Assembly: GCA_002633005.1 (NCBI GenBank)
Contig: NMRA01000008.1
Coordinates: 1 to 64,000, forward strand
DNA from: Phoronis australis
Taxonomy: Eukaryota > Animalia > Phoronida
Reading direction: 5' to 3'
Length of the DNA: 64,000 nt
In this document: positions 24,181-37,090 of the stretch, in pieces
Layout of the letters: the number at the start of each line of letters is the position of its first letter
Position numbering within the stretch: the first letter of the stretch is position 1
The notes under the pieces: model-generated
What the model saw: the letters and a program-made list of their open reading frames with translations, nothing else
Told to the model about the DNA's origin: nothing
The model's database searches: none
Made by a program: the position numbers and the translations under genes

Positions 24181-27100
24181 GTTTGTCTAGTTTAAATCTT
24201 GTGCTGAAGCTCTGTTGCCCATTCGTGTTATGTGGCTTGAAATTGTTCAAAGTTGTTTTATTAAGTGTAAATTTTAGATATCTGAATGTTGGCAACAATG
24301 ATCAACAATCAACTGCGCTTATCTAAAGATTTTCACTTCATGCTGCGTTGCTGCTCAGTCAATGTCATACCTGTACTATCGGTATTTCAACTATAATTCA
24401 CAAATTTTGAATTTGAAAAGCAGTGTGGTATTGAACTGTAGACTTATTGCTATAAATGCATTGTATCTTGCTCATGATTGCTTATCCATTACATTATGTG
24501 TACTTTTGTGTTACATCTCGTTCATTCGGTTTCCATTAGTGCATGGATGTTAAATCTATTTTGATACTTTGGTCTGTTTTTGATAACAAAAATAAGTTCA
24601 TGGCTACGAACTTCTTTCTTCTGTAGCTTTCATGGGTTGGTCGCTTCATGTATATTTGTCAATTATTTTTAGGCATGGTTAAATTAGAAAATGAAGTCTT
24701 TAAGCAAGTAAAGCCTGGATTATCGGCCTATGCTTCGAAGCCTCGGGAGGTTTGTTGTTTGTGATAGTATTTCGTAAAGCTAATCGTGTAGTACGTTCTT
24801 TCTATCAAAAAATACATATGTAGCCAACTTGTTGGATCGAACTTCAAGCCGTAACAAACTGTCAGCTGTTCGGAAGCCTAGAAATTACTTCTAATCTGAG
24901 TAAAGAACAGGTGTATACCAGTTTGTGGTGCCAAATAGTCTAATATTAAATGTTACTTTGTTTGGCAGAGGACGGATATATAGCAGCTTTAACCACCAAG
25001 TTTTGCTAAAAGTGAATAACTGATCATTTGCATACGGTTAAAGTAGAGACTTATCATGATTGCTTTTGCAATGAACAAAAATGCATGACATAGTCGTATA
25101 CCTAGAAAAAGTTCAGTCATGCTTTTTGGGTTAATTATCAACTGCAAAAGAATATGAAAAGTTTATTTCTTTTCAAAAAACACAAGTTCTAGAATACCTG
25201 GTCATTAGACAAGTATTTTTAAGATTTTCTTGGACAAGCAAATCTGAGTGGATAAATACACCAGTCNNNNNNNNNNNNNNNNNNNNNNNNNNNNNNNNNN
25301 NNNNNNNNNNNNNNNNNNNNNNNNNNNNNNNNNNNNNNNNNNNNNNNNNNNNNNNNNNNNNNNNNNNNNNNNNNNNNNNNNNNNNNNNNNNNNNNNNNNN
25401 NNNNNNNNNNNNNNNNNNNNNNNNNNNNNNNNNNNNNNNNNNNNNNNNNNNNNNNNNNNNNNNNNNNNNNNNNNNNNNNNNNNNNNNNNNNNNNNNNNNN
25501 NNNNNNNNNNNNNNNNNNNNNNNNNNNNNNNNNNNNNNNNNNNNNNNNNNNNNNNNNNNNNNNNNNNNNNNNNNNNNNNNNNNNNNNNNNNNNNNNNNNN
25601 NNNNNNNNNNNNNNNNNNNNNNNNNNNNNNNNNNNNNNNNNNNNNNNNNNNNNNNNNNNTAATTCATTTGAGGTACCACTACTACGACATTGCCTATGGA
25701 CAATTGTACTTTGGTCGTCTGGTTAGAATGCCTGACATTGAAGCAACAGGTATTGTGTTCAAAACTTGGACTTGGATTTTGTTCTGCAATATGGTACTTC
25801 TTTTTGCAGTATGAAAGCATGTCTTTGCCACACATTTCGTCAAATTAACGTTTATACTTTCAATGTGATGGTTTCTATTGTAGGATTGCAAGGAAATGTC
25901 CAACACGATTACATCAGTGGGGTCAACAATGTAAACCATTTATGCAGTGTTGAGATGCAAACCAAGTTTAGCCCGACCATGTATGATATGTCTCAATTGT
26001 TTACCAAACGTGTCCTAGTTGGGATCATAGTCTTTCAGCAGTTTGTTATCATCTACTTGCTGTGGAACACTAACTGTCAACATTACCCCACATATTATCC
26101 GGCCATCAGTGGTGACAATTACTCACACAAACCTATGAAACATGATGAAAGTAAGGACCTCATGTATGGTGTGATGTTTGACGCTGGTAGTACTGGAAGC
26201 CGTGTTCATATCTACCAATTCTCGCACAATCAGCAAGGTTTGTCTAGTTTAAATCTTGTGCTGAAGCTCTGTTGCCCACTCGTGTTATGTGGCTTGAAAT
26301 TGTTCAAAGTTGTTTTATTAAGTGTAAATTTTAGATATCTGAATGTTGGCAACAATGATCAGCAATCAACTGCGCTTATCTAAAGATTTTCACTTCATGC
26401 TGCGTTGCTGCTCAGTCAATGTCATACCTGTACTATCGGTATTTCAACTATAATTCACAAATTTTGAATTTGAAAAGCAGTGTGGTATTGAACTGTAGAC
26501 TGATTGCTCTAAATGCATTGTATCTTGCTCATGATTACTTATCCATTACATTATGTGTAGTTTAGTGTTACATCTCGGTCATTCGGTTTCCATTAGTGCA
26601 TGGATGTTAAATCTATTTTGATACTTTGGTCTGTTTTTGATAACAAAAATAAGTTCATGGCTACAAACTTCTTCCTTCTGTAGCTTTCATGAGTTGGTCG
26701 CTTTATGTATATTTGTCAATTATATTTAGGCATGGTTAAATTAGAAAATGAAGTCTTTAAGCAAGTAAAGCCTGGATTATCGGCCTATGCTTCGAAGCCT
26801 CGGGAGGTTTGTTGTTTGTGATGGTATTTCGTAAAGCTAATCGTTTACGTTCATTCTATCAAAAAATACATATGTAGCCAACTTGTTGGATCGAACTTCA
26901 AGCCGTAACAAACTGTCAGCTGTTCGGAAGCCTAGAAATTACTTCTAATCTGAGTAAAGAACAGGTGTATACCAGTTTGTGGTGCCAAATAGTCTAATAT
27001 CAAATGTTACTTTGTTTGGAAGAGGACGGATATATAGCAGCTTTAACCACCAAGTTTTGCTAAAAGTGAATAACTGATCATTTGCATACGGTTAAAGCAG

Positions 27101-30100
27101 AGACTTATCATGATTGTTTTTGCAATGAACAAAAATGCATGACATAGTCGTATACCTAGAAAAAGTTCAGTCATGCTTTTTGGGTTAATTATCAACTGCA
27201 AAAGAATATGAAAAGTTTATTTCTTTTCAAAAAACACAAGTTCTAGAATACCTGGTCATTAGACAAGTATTTTTAAGATTTTCTTGGACAAGCAAATCTG
27301 AGTGGATAAATACACCAGTCAGTGGACAAGCTGGCACCAGTGTGGGTTCTGGATTTTGAGAAAGTTGAACAAAAAATCACGACTAAAGTGATTGTGGAGT
27401 GCAGTTATGTTGTGCTATGTTACGGGCAGTTGTTCAGTAGAAATTTAGCAAGAAATAAACTGTCACATTGGTAACCCAAAATATTTAGACATTTTCTTGT
27501 AACCCAGCTGAACTATTTTTCATGTTTAGAAAATACAGTGTCATGTGACCTCACCCTTCTATCACTTACATCCCAAACTGACGAATAAACAACGATCAAT
27601 TGTGCATTCTTAGTAGCAAAAATACATCTTTTGTTGAGCATAACTTTGTTGGAAGAGAAAATAAAAATTTGTAAACATGGTTGTGCCAGTTGAGTGCACA
27701 CATTCATCATAGCCAAGTGTGCGATGACACAGGGCAACACATAGACCGAGATCCCTGCATGACCAGTTTGATCACTGCTGTGTATCTTGAAATTCATGTG
27801 ATTGAGTTAAGTTGCAAATATTTGTAAATGTTTTGCTTGTTATTAAACACAAGCAAGTAATGCAAATTTTGATCCGAAAACGCAACGAAAATTTGAAAAC
27901 AGCACCTGTGTATCAATTTTGGGAACATTTTTTACCTGGAATTTCTTTTTTTGACTTGAAATTACAACTTAAAGCCTTTTTGGAGGTCCAAATTCCCTGT
28001 GTCAAATACTTTCTTGTGACTTAAGTTTCTGAGCAAGCTGATTACCGTATTTTTTGCCATTTGCTTGCAACATATTGTTTTATCAACAGGGAGCACAGAG
28101 CCTGAAGGCTATGCTTGACGAAGCCAAGCTCTCAATTCCTTCTTCAAAGTGGGCGACAACACCTATAGCATTGAAAGCTACAGCCGGACTGAGGTTGCTG
28201 TCTGAGATTTCAGCTAATAACCTCCTGAATGAGGTTAATACATTTCCATGGTTTACACCTTTGATCTGCCTGTTGTCAAATGTCTGTAGATGACACTGGT
28301 GCAATTATTGATGGTGTATAATTGTGAGACAGCAGTGTGTAATTATTGTTGATGCTTCGAATGATTTACAAAATGTTCTTTCCCACAAGAAAGAGGGAGG
28401 ATGAGAGGGAAGGGATGGGTTATTCTGTTTAATGCAGCAATTACTGTCTCGTAGTAGTTAACAAGACGATAGATTGTAAATATGATACTCGCTCTCAATG
28501 ACAATTTTTTTGGATTGGGGAATTAAAAGTTTAAGTTTTATTGTTAGAATATTTGCAATGTACTGATCCATATGGTACTTCCATTATGGCTGATCGGGAT
28601 TATAAAAAAGTTTTCATTGTAAAAATACTTAGGCGATTACTGTATTGAGGAATTACAGATTTCTTGAAATGGAAAGAGGTAGAATTCCTAACATAGAGTT
28701 TGGGAATTGAAACAGGAATTAGATATATTATGAAGAAGTTAGGATTCTCTTCTGGACTGCCTGTAGTTTCTTTGTGTTGGAAAGGAAGGGGAAAATAGGA
28801 GTTGAGTTTATATATAAGTCCACTGAGTCTGTTGAGTGACAAGACAGAGAAGTGTACAGAGGGGGTGAATAATATGGGAGACGTGTGCAAATTAAGAAGA
28901 GTGGGTCAAGACTAGAGCCTGGAGGAACTCTGGTGGAGATGGTGTCCTTCAGGGAAATATATTGGGTGTGGTTGAGAGATGACAGTGTGAAGAGATAGAG
29001 TTTAATGGGTGTTTTTGTTGATTTCTTTTGTTAGGTTCGTGCTCTGTTCCAAGAGTATCCATTTGCTCTATCAGGAAATGGAATACAAATCATGGAAGGC
29101 ACTGATGAAGGTATGTATTTCAGACCACATCAAGGCATATTGTATTGTCATATATGTAGGCTCATGCATCACATCTATGTGAAGCTGCGCATATTTCTGA
29201 AATAAAGTGCACACGCCTATATGTGAAACACTTGAGTAATACCCGGGACAATTAATTTAAATTTCTCACGATTTAAACAAAAATTGTGAGCGGAACATGA
29301 CTTTATATCTGATGCATGTACATTCATTTTGTTTACCTATTTATTTGAAAAGTGTTGCGAACAGACTGAAAATACCCAGTTTAAGTCATGCACATATACG
29401 AGGGATTTCCACCTTTTCTTGAAATTACGTATTGTTTTGGATATAGGCACAAAAGCCTAAATACTCCCATATATGTTAAACAAAAAATTGGAGCTCTCAA
29501 ATATGCAATCAAATTATCTTGGTGACAGAAATTCTTCAATGGTTTAGTTTAACCACTCAGTTGAATTTTTGACTTCCAAAAATTGTCTAGGTTAAGCGCG
29601 AGCTCAAAAGGTATGCTGATATCTCAGCAGAGGCCATTGTAAACCTCCGTTGTCAGCCAAACCTCAAAGTAAAAGTTGTAAATTTGTTGTCAAATTTGGC
29701 TACTGATGCTTGTCATTCGTAGGGGTCTTCAGCTGGATCACTCTCAACTTCTTACTCAAAAAGCTTCTTCATGGTCAGAAGACTATTGGCGCACTAGATA
29801 TGGGGGGTGGCTCCACTCAAGTCACTTATGTACCTGAGTCTGAGGTAAGTCAGTCAAGGTGTGTTGTAGCATGCTTAGTCATTTAGCTGTTTTGGTCTGT
29901 GTGTGGTGAACCCTTTTAAGGTTATGTGTAAGCCTAATATGAAATGTCAAAAATATAGGTGATATCTCAGAAGTGGTTTTATCAAGCGAAACTGTTACAT
30001 GTTATGATTTAGGCCTTGTTCTCCAGATCATTGTTGAGATTGATTTGAAAATGTTTCATTTTTGCATTAGGAGTATCAAACATTGCAGCTTTATGATTTT

Positions 30101-33100
30101 CCTGAAAAAATATGATGCGTAAAATAAAAATAAAAATGAAAAGGTAATTCTTTATTAGAAAACTGTGACAGTTTTTGAAATTTTATTTTGAATGTTTGCA
30201 TAATAAATTTAGTCATAATCTTGATATTGTTTTATCAAGTTGAATTATTTTGATGTGTACATGTTTGGCACATTATTTTTTCATAACCTTAAAGTTTCAC
30301 TGTTTGTTGTTTAAATGTGAAATTGGAAAATTATCTACTTAAGCCTATCTAGTGGACTTACAAATTTCATCGCCATGGGTTTCAACATTCCATTGGACTT
30401 GGGTGGGAACGTGCAACTGAATTGGAAATGTTAAATTTTTGAAGGGCTTCCTGACCCTTCGATTTCTTAAGGGTTTTATGCTTGTTAATACTTATGGATG
30501 TTTAAAATAAACAGTGATCCTGCTAAAGCAACTGAATAGTTTTTGGAGCTGAAGGCGTTGACACTATCAGTCAGTCACTATCAGTCGGACGCTATCAGTC
30601 ACTCAGTCACTATCAGTCAGCCACTATCAGTCGGTCACTATCAGTCAGTCACTATCAGTCAGTCTTTATCAGTCAGTGGCTATCAGTTGGACGCTATCAG
30701 TTAGTCACTATCAGTCAGTCACTATCAGTCAGTCACTATCAGTCAGTCACTATCAGTCAGTCACTATCNTCGCAGTCAAAGAACAAAAATGTTCACAAAA
30801 AGCCCCCACACACTTTCATCGTGGGCCGCTCGAGGTCAAGGACGGTACGGAAATTGCTGGTGAGTTACGGAAGTACTCAATAGTTTTTCTACTGGCGGCT
30901 AAGTGTAGAGTTATCGACATCGTGACTTTACGCGACAAACCGGCAATTTCCGTACCATCCTTGACCTCGAGCGGCCCACGATGAAAGTGTGTGGGGGCTT
31001 TTTGTGAACATTTTTGTTCTTTGACTGTGAATTTCTTACGTAGTCGCTGGTATTGGGAGAAAGAACAATTCTTCATGGTTTGTTGAACCTCTGTTTTGTG
31101 TAAATTTATTGAGTTTTATATTTGCTATGGACGGCTGAAGTGAAGCACCCGTGGAATTTCTAGTCGGGAGTGTCATACCTTGTAGTATTATATGTAGTGT
31201 ATTGAGGACGATCAGAAGCTGAGGACGCCTGTGGTTGGATCGTGTTCAACCTTAACTACACACTCTATACACACAGTTAGGATTACATAATGTTAATGTC
31301 TGGTACCCCTCTGAGCAAAAATCCTGACATAGTGCAAACTGCGTGTCATGTTTTTTCATCTAAAGCGTCCTTTCTACCAATTCAAAGAGTCAATAGTAGT
31401 TATACATTGTTTTCCTTTCCAGAACATGTCACTATCATTCTCACAACAAGAGCATGCTTTTATTATTTTAGTTTTGTCCTTAATATGAGCAAATGTATTT
31501 ACGAAAGTCCAGAACCAATACATCGATGTTAAATTGTAATCCATGTCTACAATCAGCCTGTTACTTCATGGATTAAATTTCGATCACAAGACTTTATTTC
31601 GATTTCTTGAGGACAACAAACTACAGACTGTGCGCAATGCATTATCTCAGATTTTTAACACCACTTGTTTAATGGAAAGACTGTTACCAAATTATATTAA
31701 ATAACATTAATTAAGGAATTATCCACTTGGTAGAAATGGCTGAGTGATTAAATGCAACATATTCAATGTAAGCAGCTTCATTTAATATATAATACAATTG
31801 CTGTTTTGTTGTCAGAATATTCCATGTTTTGAAGGTCCCACATAGTCATTCTGTTGCAGTAGGCACTTATCTGGACTTTGCTGTATTTGTTTGTGTAGTA
31901 AGTGTTGTTGTAATTCAGTAATCATTTTGAGATCTACTGAATGCAACATGATGTCTGCTAGGAAGCAAAACATGTATAGAATTGCATTATGGGAGGATAG
32001 CTTTTATGATAATTCTTCATTAATAATTGCCAAAAACGCCATTTTTCCATTTCTCAGCGGCTAATTGTCTTGTTGCAGGTAATGGACTATTTAGCAAATC
32101 TTTTATGACATCGACACACTGCTACCCATGCTTGTAACAGACTAAAGTTTTCTTAATCTTTACTTTTGTGGAGAAACTCAACTAAATAGAATTTCACTTG
32201 TTGGCCATACTGAATGCTAAATAACTGAATAATTACCATGATAGCACTATTTTAGCTCTCAAAACTACTTCAACATGTCTGGCTTACAATCTAGTCCATT
32301 TCAGGCTTTTGTAAACGTCTTGTTTCTCATTTCTCAGTTACTTAGGCCTGGGGTTGATGTCTGCCAGACTTCAAATATACGGCGGTAGAGAGGATAAATT
32401 ATGTAAGTAACATTGCTAAAATTTTGCTTTGTCTAATGTAAGACAAGATTTAATCCTTGTCTTTGATCACTTGAAGGGGCACTCCTTCCCACTTATGGCC
32501 TAAACAAAAAAATTGTGAAATTGGATGGTGAACTGACAGCAATAGAGTGGTTTCAAAGGTCTATTTGCCATGATAGCTATTAGTTTCTATCTTCAACAGA
32601 GGAACTGAGGTAATTAGCTGCACTTGATTTGAAAGAGCACAATGTAAGAAAGATTGGTCAACATTGTCAAAATTATTAGCAGCTTGTCAGTGTTCAATTA
32701 CTTACCCATGCTCTGTGTTATCTGTTTGGAGACAAGAAATCATTGGATATAATGGCATGGAAATGTTTGAGACATAATTTGGGTAGTTGAGTAACCTGGT
32801 TCGTATAATTTCAGACAAAAACTAATGCTTAAGTTATGTTTTTCTTCATCTTTGAAAGATTCAGGGCTTTGAATTTTCTTCTTTTAAGAGGATTTCCTCT
32901 TTTTCGGTTTCGAATTCATCTTATTTGATTTCCAGTTTCCTCTTTCTTCGTCTTTTTTATCATCATTTTTACTTTATTCATGCAAAAACTTCCATGTCTG
33001 TTAAATTTTACATCTCAAAAATATTTCTATCACACAAGACTTTTTGTGGAAGGATGTGTCACCTGGAAAATTTTTCTCTTTTCAAGCTCTGTCCTATGTA

Positions 33101-36100
33101 TCATATGGAAAAATATGAAAATGAAATTTTGTCAGCTGTATTAGGCCCTAAATTGGTGACTTTTTATGTTAATTTGCTTTTTAGGTTGTGAGTATGGAGA
33201 AAATGACATTTAAATTATTGTTAACAGGTATTTTCAGAGTTGTCACGTAAAACGCTTTCTTGAGTCTGCTCTTCTAAGTTTTCTGTTTAATTTTGTTATT
33301 TCCTTAATCCACTGCCCAGTTAAATCTTAGCTGCTGTCTGATTGGTGCAGTCAGTAGCAATTTGTTCTTTGTATCCTTTCAAACTGCTGTCACTCATCTT
33401 AGTGAGCAAAATGCTCATCAAAATATTCTGGTCTCATTCACTAACATAAGTTCTGAAGAACCTGTTGCAGTGCAAATATGATTTACTCTTCACAATCACT
33501 TTAGAACATTAGCAGAACTGACTTTAACACATTCTTTTCAGTGGACAAGAGTCCCAAGTCTGACACACTGTACAGTGCATGTTTGCCACCCCTGTACAAT
33601 GGCAAGTGGACCCATGGCAACCGACACTACATAGTCAGGTAATTATTCTACATATGGCGTTTTATTTTGCAATCTTAGGGTCTTGTTTAGAAAAATAGTC
33701 TGGAATTTTGCCTTAAGTTGGTAAAATCTGTTTCATGAAAAGTCTATGAAGAACTGTGTATTGACAAATGTGATAAGTACTTTCAAAAAACGTAAAATGT
33801 CTTGAAATAAATCAGAAGACCGAACATTGCGTTGTATGAAGTCTTAAAACATTTTTGAACATATATATGTACATAAAACAACAAGAATGGATCAACTGAA
33901 ATGACATCCTTCATCAACAGAGATGTGAGGAAAGAAGAAGAACCAACTCCAAGACAGACCCTTGAATCAAGGGTGTAGGTTGGTTGCAAATTGTTCTTCA
34001 AACATGGCTCAATTATTCAGATTTTCTATTGCTTCTCAAAAATCATGTTGTTTATATTTTAGGCTTGTGGTCGGTGTAGGCCAACTGAGAAACATTACGT
34101 GGAAATATGTTTTTTCGGTTATCAGTGACAGTCAGCTACGAAAAAGTCAAAGGCACTTGTCGTTCACCTGGTGATGGTTGAAGAAATTACTAACTAAAAT
34201 GTCATGCAAAATTCAGTGTGGAAGTTGATGTAAATTATCCAAGCAGTGATTCACTTTATTTTATATGTAATTTGAATTTGAAGCTAACACTTGTGTGACT
34301 GTTGTTAGCACTTTTATTGCTGGTTTTATAGGGGACTCCACAAAGATAAAAGTGGCTACCTACCATGCTATGACCTGGCACAGAAACTTGTCAGCTCTGT
34401 TGACAAGCCTAAAGATCTCAAGAATCAAAAAGTCTACTTATTTTCATATTACTATGACAGGGCTGTTCGTAGTGGGCTCATAAGTAAGTTTGCACTCTTG
34501 ATTGGTGTTCCTGAATAGTGCCTTGTCACTCATCTTGGTTGCGACAATGCCATTAAAAAGTGTGACAATGTGTACAGTAGCTAACTATTGTCCTTACCAT
34601 TGAACTTACTGTTCTAGCTTCAATTTGTGCCATTGGGCCTGCTGTTCAATGTTACAAATTTAAGCTATTCTGTACAATAAAAGAGAAAATAAGAAGCAGA
34701 ATAGAACAAAGCTTGATTAAAGTGGAAATAATGTCCCCCTTCCATCACAAAAAACAAGTTTTGATTTAGATTGCTTACCATCATGAAATTGGTCTCAAAA
34801 TCTTTCTTGGTCAAATTTGAGGGGATCCCACAGCTTCCAAAGAACTGTCAACTCATTGTTACTTTCAAGAAGGCACTTCAAGTTGGCTTGAGGACGTATC
34901 ATTTTATGCGCCGAGCATGGTCTTGGGGGAGGGGAAAATAAAGAACTGACATTTCTTTAGAAATCACTTTACTCATCTGAGAAAGGAACGAGATGAGATC
35001 AGTTTTATTGTGGTAAGTGGTTTAATTAAAATTTCACTTTTTGGGCAGAACACTGATGCATCAATGCTCTTAATTGAAACACTAAAAAGTCTTTTAAATA
35101 GTATGTCTGGGACTGCCAGAATGGAGTTGCAGAGGAGATCAGGGGTGGGTGTCGTTAATTGTTCACGTGTTATTTTGAACCATGTTCACCACTGTTCGCA
35201 TCCAGTTCTAAAGTGGGTTTTATCCTAGTTTTTATAAAGAAAAATTCACTTCTGCAATCAATGTAACTGTGTTGTATCATTTTTCAGAAAAAAATGTCTT
35301 GCAAAGAACTGAAGTTATTTTTGGATGTAATACATGTTGTTACTGAATATCATTTTCAGATGATGTTAAAGGTGGCACAGTGAGGTTGGAAAATTTTCAC
35401 CAGGCTGCAGTGACAGGTAGGTCTTGTCTCGTGTCAGTTTAGAAAGTAGTCATTGTCATATTTTTATCAATATTGGGGTGTAATATAACATAAACTTTGC
35501 TGCTTAAAATGGACAGCTGCCAAGGACCAAAGCCTGGTATTAAAAGCCAAAAAATCCTGTGAAAACATTGATTGAGTGTTGCTAACAATGTCAGTGTATT
35601 CTTTTAATTTCAGTAAATACTCTAATTTTGTACAAAAATAATTGCCAAAATTTGGTCTTCATATATTTTTCTATGACTTCTTAAATTGTTGTGAATGTCC
35701 ACAATTTTTCAATAAATTATCCAGTGAAAGAAATCAGATGGCAGTCACTAATAATAAGGCATTAATTTGGTGCTCCTTATCTTTAAAAATGTGTAAAACC
35801 AAATTTCACCTGTCCACCATATCACTTGCGGCTTAATTTTTATGCACCCACATATTTACATGTGGTCGCATATTGCCGTCATCTCTATAAGTGTATTTAT
35901 ATGCAGCTATCAATAGATGATGACTTTGAGGCGGATGCTGTGCCCCCTAATGGTAATTTCATTTTTTTCCATTTTCCTTTGTTTCTCTGAAGTTCCTTGA
36001 TATATTTTTATGAAATATTGTAAATGGCTTTCTATTAAAGAAGCGATGACATGTTCCGTTTTCAGATGGATTGGACATGTTGCACATTTCAGCGCTTCGC

Positions 36101-37090
36101 GTTGCTCTTGTTTATGTTAGCCCTCAGCACATGTGATATGATTCTTCTATGACTTTACATTGTTACCTTACAGCCTGTGGCAAGCCTGATCTCAACGAGC
36201 CTCATCTGTGTACAGATCTGACCTACATTTATACAATTTTGCACCACGGGTATGGGTTCGAAAAGGATACTGAGCTGGTGGTAGGTTTCAGTAAAATAGT
36301 ATTTCGCAAATGACTTGTGCTTTTTACGTAAACAAACTTTAAAGATTCCTTGACAGTTTTCTCCATGACTTGAGCTCGGTTTGGCTGCCAGCGTGTTGGT
36401 AGAGGAGGACATGAATTGTATTGGTTTCTCACTGGTACTTGCATTGTCAGTAGGCATGGCTAAGGAGGGCCATTACTTAATTAGCTTCATGTTAGACTCA
36501 CTGGTACTTGCATTGTCAGTTGGTAGGCATGGCTAAGGAGTGCCATTACTTAATTAGCTTCATGTTAGACTCACTGGTACTTGCATTGTCAGTTGGTAGG
36601 CATGGCTAAGGAGGGCCATTACTTAATTAGCTTCATGTTAGACTCGATCTAGAAGGGAACGACTCTCATCCTCTGCTGGCACACCATCTGAAGTGAAAGT
36701 ATTTTCTAAGTAGAAAACTTGGAACTCCTTATTTCAAAAGTCGTAACCCAGATTATAGCAACGATGACACGTGCTAATCTATGCTGTATGCTGGAAGAAT
36801 TTCCACAGATTATTAACTCTGACTAAATTATAAACTCTTGTTACTATGGTACCATTTGAGTGTAGTTGGACACCTTTGGAGGTAGTCGGAGTTTTTACAT
36901 CCTTCCAGCTGGAATAACGTAGAAAATAAATATGAAACTAAATAAGGCGATCCAGATCCTCTTGTTGGCCATTATGTTCACTGCTGTTTCTCTCTGGTTG
37001 TTTCAGCTAGCCAAGAAGATAAATGGTGTTGAGCTGGGCTGGGCGTTGGGGGCAACATTCCAGATAATACCACACAAGGCACCATCATGA
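23898..37090 (+). CDS. ENTPD5: Ectonucleoside triphosphate diphosphohydrolase 5/6 family (GDA1/CD39) nucleoside diphosphatase, ~447 aa, 12 coding exons
   Basis: Exons: 23898-24180 (duplicate 25955-26237), 24673-24749 (duplicate 26730-26806), 28090-28233, 29035-29110, 29723-29844, corrupted ~31129-31276, 32338-32402, 33542-33638, 34332-34483, 35360-35416, 36174-36280, 37007-37090 (TGA). All five apyrase conserved regions are present: DAGSTGSR, ATAGLRLL, GTDEG, DMGGGSTQ, WALG. Also an N-terminal hydrophobic anchor and the FSYYYDRA motif of ENTPD5/6. ENTPD5 versus ENTPD6 cannot be resolved (likely co-ortholog). Confidence 0.9.
24673..24749 (+). CDS. ENTPD5: ENTPD5/6 exon 2 (copy A)
   Basis: MVKLENEVFKQVKPGLSAYASKPRE. 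Confidence 0.85.
25955..26237 (+). CDS. ENTPD5: ENTPD5/6 coding exon 1 (copy B, probable allelic duplicate)
   Basis: Near-identical to 23898-24180 (offset 2057); one G/E substitution. Confidence 0.8.
26730..26806 (+). CDS. ENTPD5: ENTPD5/6 exon 2 (copy B)
   Basis: Identical to 24673-24749. Confidence 0.8.
28090..28233 (+). CDS. ENTPD5: ENTPD5/6 exon 3 (ACR2)
   Basis: GAQSLKAMLDEAKLSIPSSKWATTPIALKATAGLRLLSEISANNLLNE. Confidence 0.93.
29035..29110 (+). CDS. ENTPD5: ENTPD5/6 exon 4 (ACR3)
   Basis: VRALFQEYPFALSGNGIQIMEGTDE(G). Confidence 0.92.
29723..29844 (+). CDS. ENTPD5: ENTPD5/6 exon 5 (ACR4)
   Basis: VFSWITLNFLLKKLLHGQKTIGALDMGGGSTQVTYVPESE. Confidence 0.93.
30561..30768. repeat. 14-bp minisatellite (CAGTCACTATCAGT)n
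   Basis: Direct reading; ends at the contig join N 30769. Confidence 0.92.
30770..31030. repeat. Foldback: 92-bp inverted arms (30770-30861 / 30939-31030), 77-bp spacer
   Basis: Only 3 mismatches between the arms; abuts N at 30769. Confidence 0.9.
31129..31276 (+). other. ENTPD5: ENTPD5/6 exon 6, disrupted in this sequence
   Basis: The fragments EAPVEFLV (31142-31165) and VFNLNYTLYTH(S) (31242-31276) match the expected exon, but are split by ~65 extra nt, with extra bases upstream and no in-phase GT donor. Confidence 0.7.
32338..32402 (+). CDS. ENTPD5: ENTPD5/6 exon 7
   Basis: (S)YLGLGLMSARLQIYGGREDKL. Confidence 0.9.
32862..33075 (+). repeat. Dispersed ~210-bp repeat, second copy at ~59683-59892
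   Basis: Shared taagaggatttcctctttt..ttatttgatttccagtttcc..cacctggaaaattt; CAGGGC start suggests a hAT-MITE fragment. Confidence 0.7.
33542..33638 (+). CDS. ENTPD5: ENTPD5/6 exon 8
   Basis: DKSPKSDTLYSACLPPLYNGKWTHGNRHYIV(R). Confidence 0.88.
34332..34483 (+). CDS. ENTPD5: ENTPD5/6 exon 9
   Basis: GLHKDKSGYLPCYDLAQKLVSSVDKPKDLKNQKVYLFSYYYDRAVRSGLI. Confidence 0.9.
35360..35416 (+). CDS. ENTPD5: ENTPD5/6 exon 10
   Basis: (N)DVKGGTVRLENFHQAAVT. Confidence 0.88.
35837..36113 (+). mobile_element. HINE family 1, internally deleted copy C
   Basis: Starts ttttt-atgcacccacatatttacatgtgg and ends gcgttgctcttgttt; middle matches 39540-39690. Confidence 0.75.
36174..36280 (+). CDS. ENTPD5: ENTPD5/6 exon 11
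   Basis: (A)CGKPDLNEPHLCTDLTYIYTILHHGYGFEKDTELV. Confidence 0.92.
36428..36645. repeat. Tandem repeat, 3 x 69-73 bp
   Basis: Units start ctcactggtacttgcattgtcag at 36428, 36497 and 36570. Confidence 0.93.
37007..37090 (+). CDS. ENTPD5: ENTPD5/6 last coding exon (ACR5)
   Basis: LAKKINGVELGWALGATFQIIPHKAPS*. Confidence 0.92.
   Translation, partial: LAKKINGVELGWALGATFQIIPHKAPS

Larger units (their letters stand above)
23603..27320 (+). repeat. ~1.66-kb direct duplication (23603-25266 / 25660-27320) flanking an N gap
   Basis: Copies end and start exactly at the gap edges and differ by scattered SNPs and a small indel. Confidence 0.93.

Noticed and set aside
28600-28990. Possible LINE C-terminal remnants (also 34790-34895 and 45690-45930)
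   Set aside because: Only faint motif resemblance; too decayed to call without a search
30561-30768. Regular short repeats considered as a CRISPR-like array (also 36428-36645)
   Set aside because: Head-to-tail tandem repeats with no unique spacers, in eukaryotic introns
34063-34174. Candidate ENTPD exon after tttag
   Set aside because: No family similarity, in-frame stop, and 33638 splices in phase to 34332
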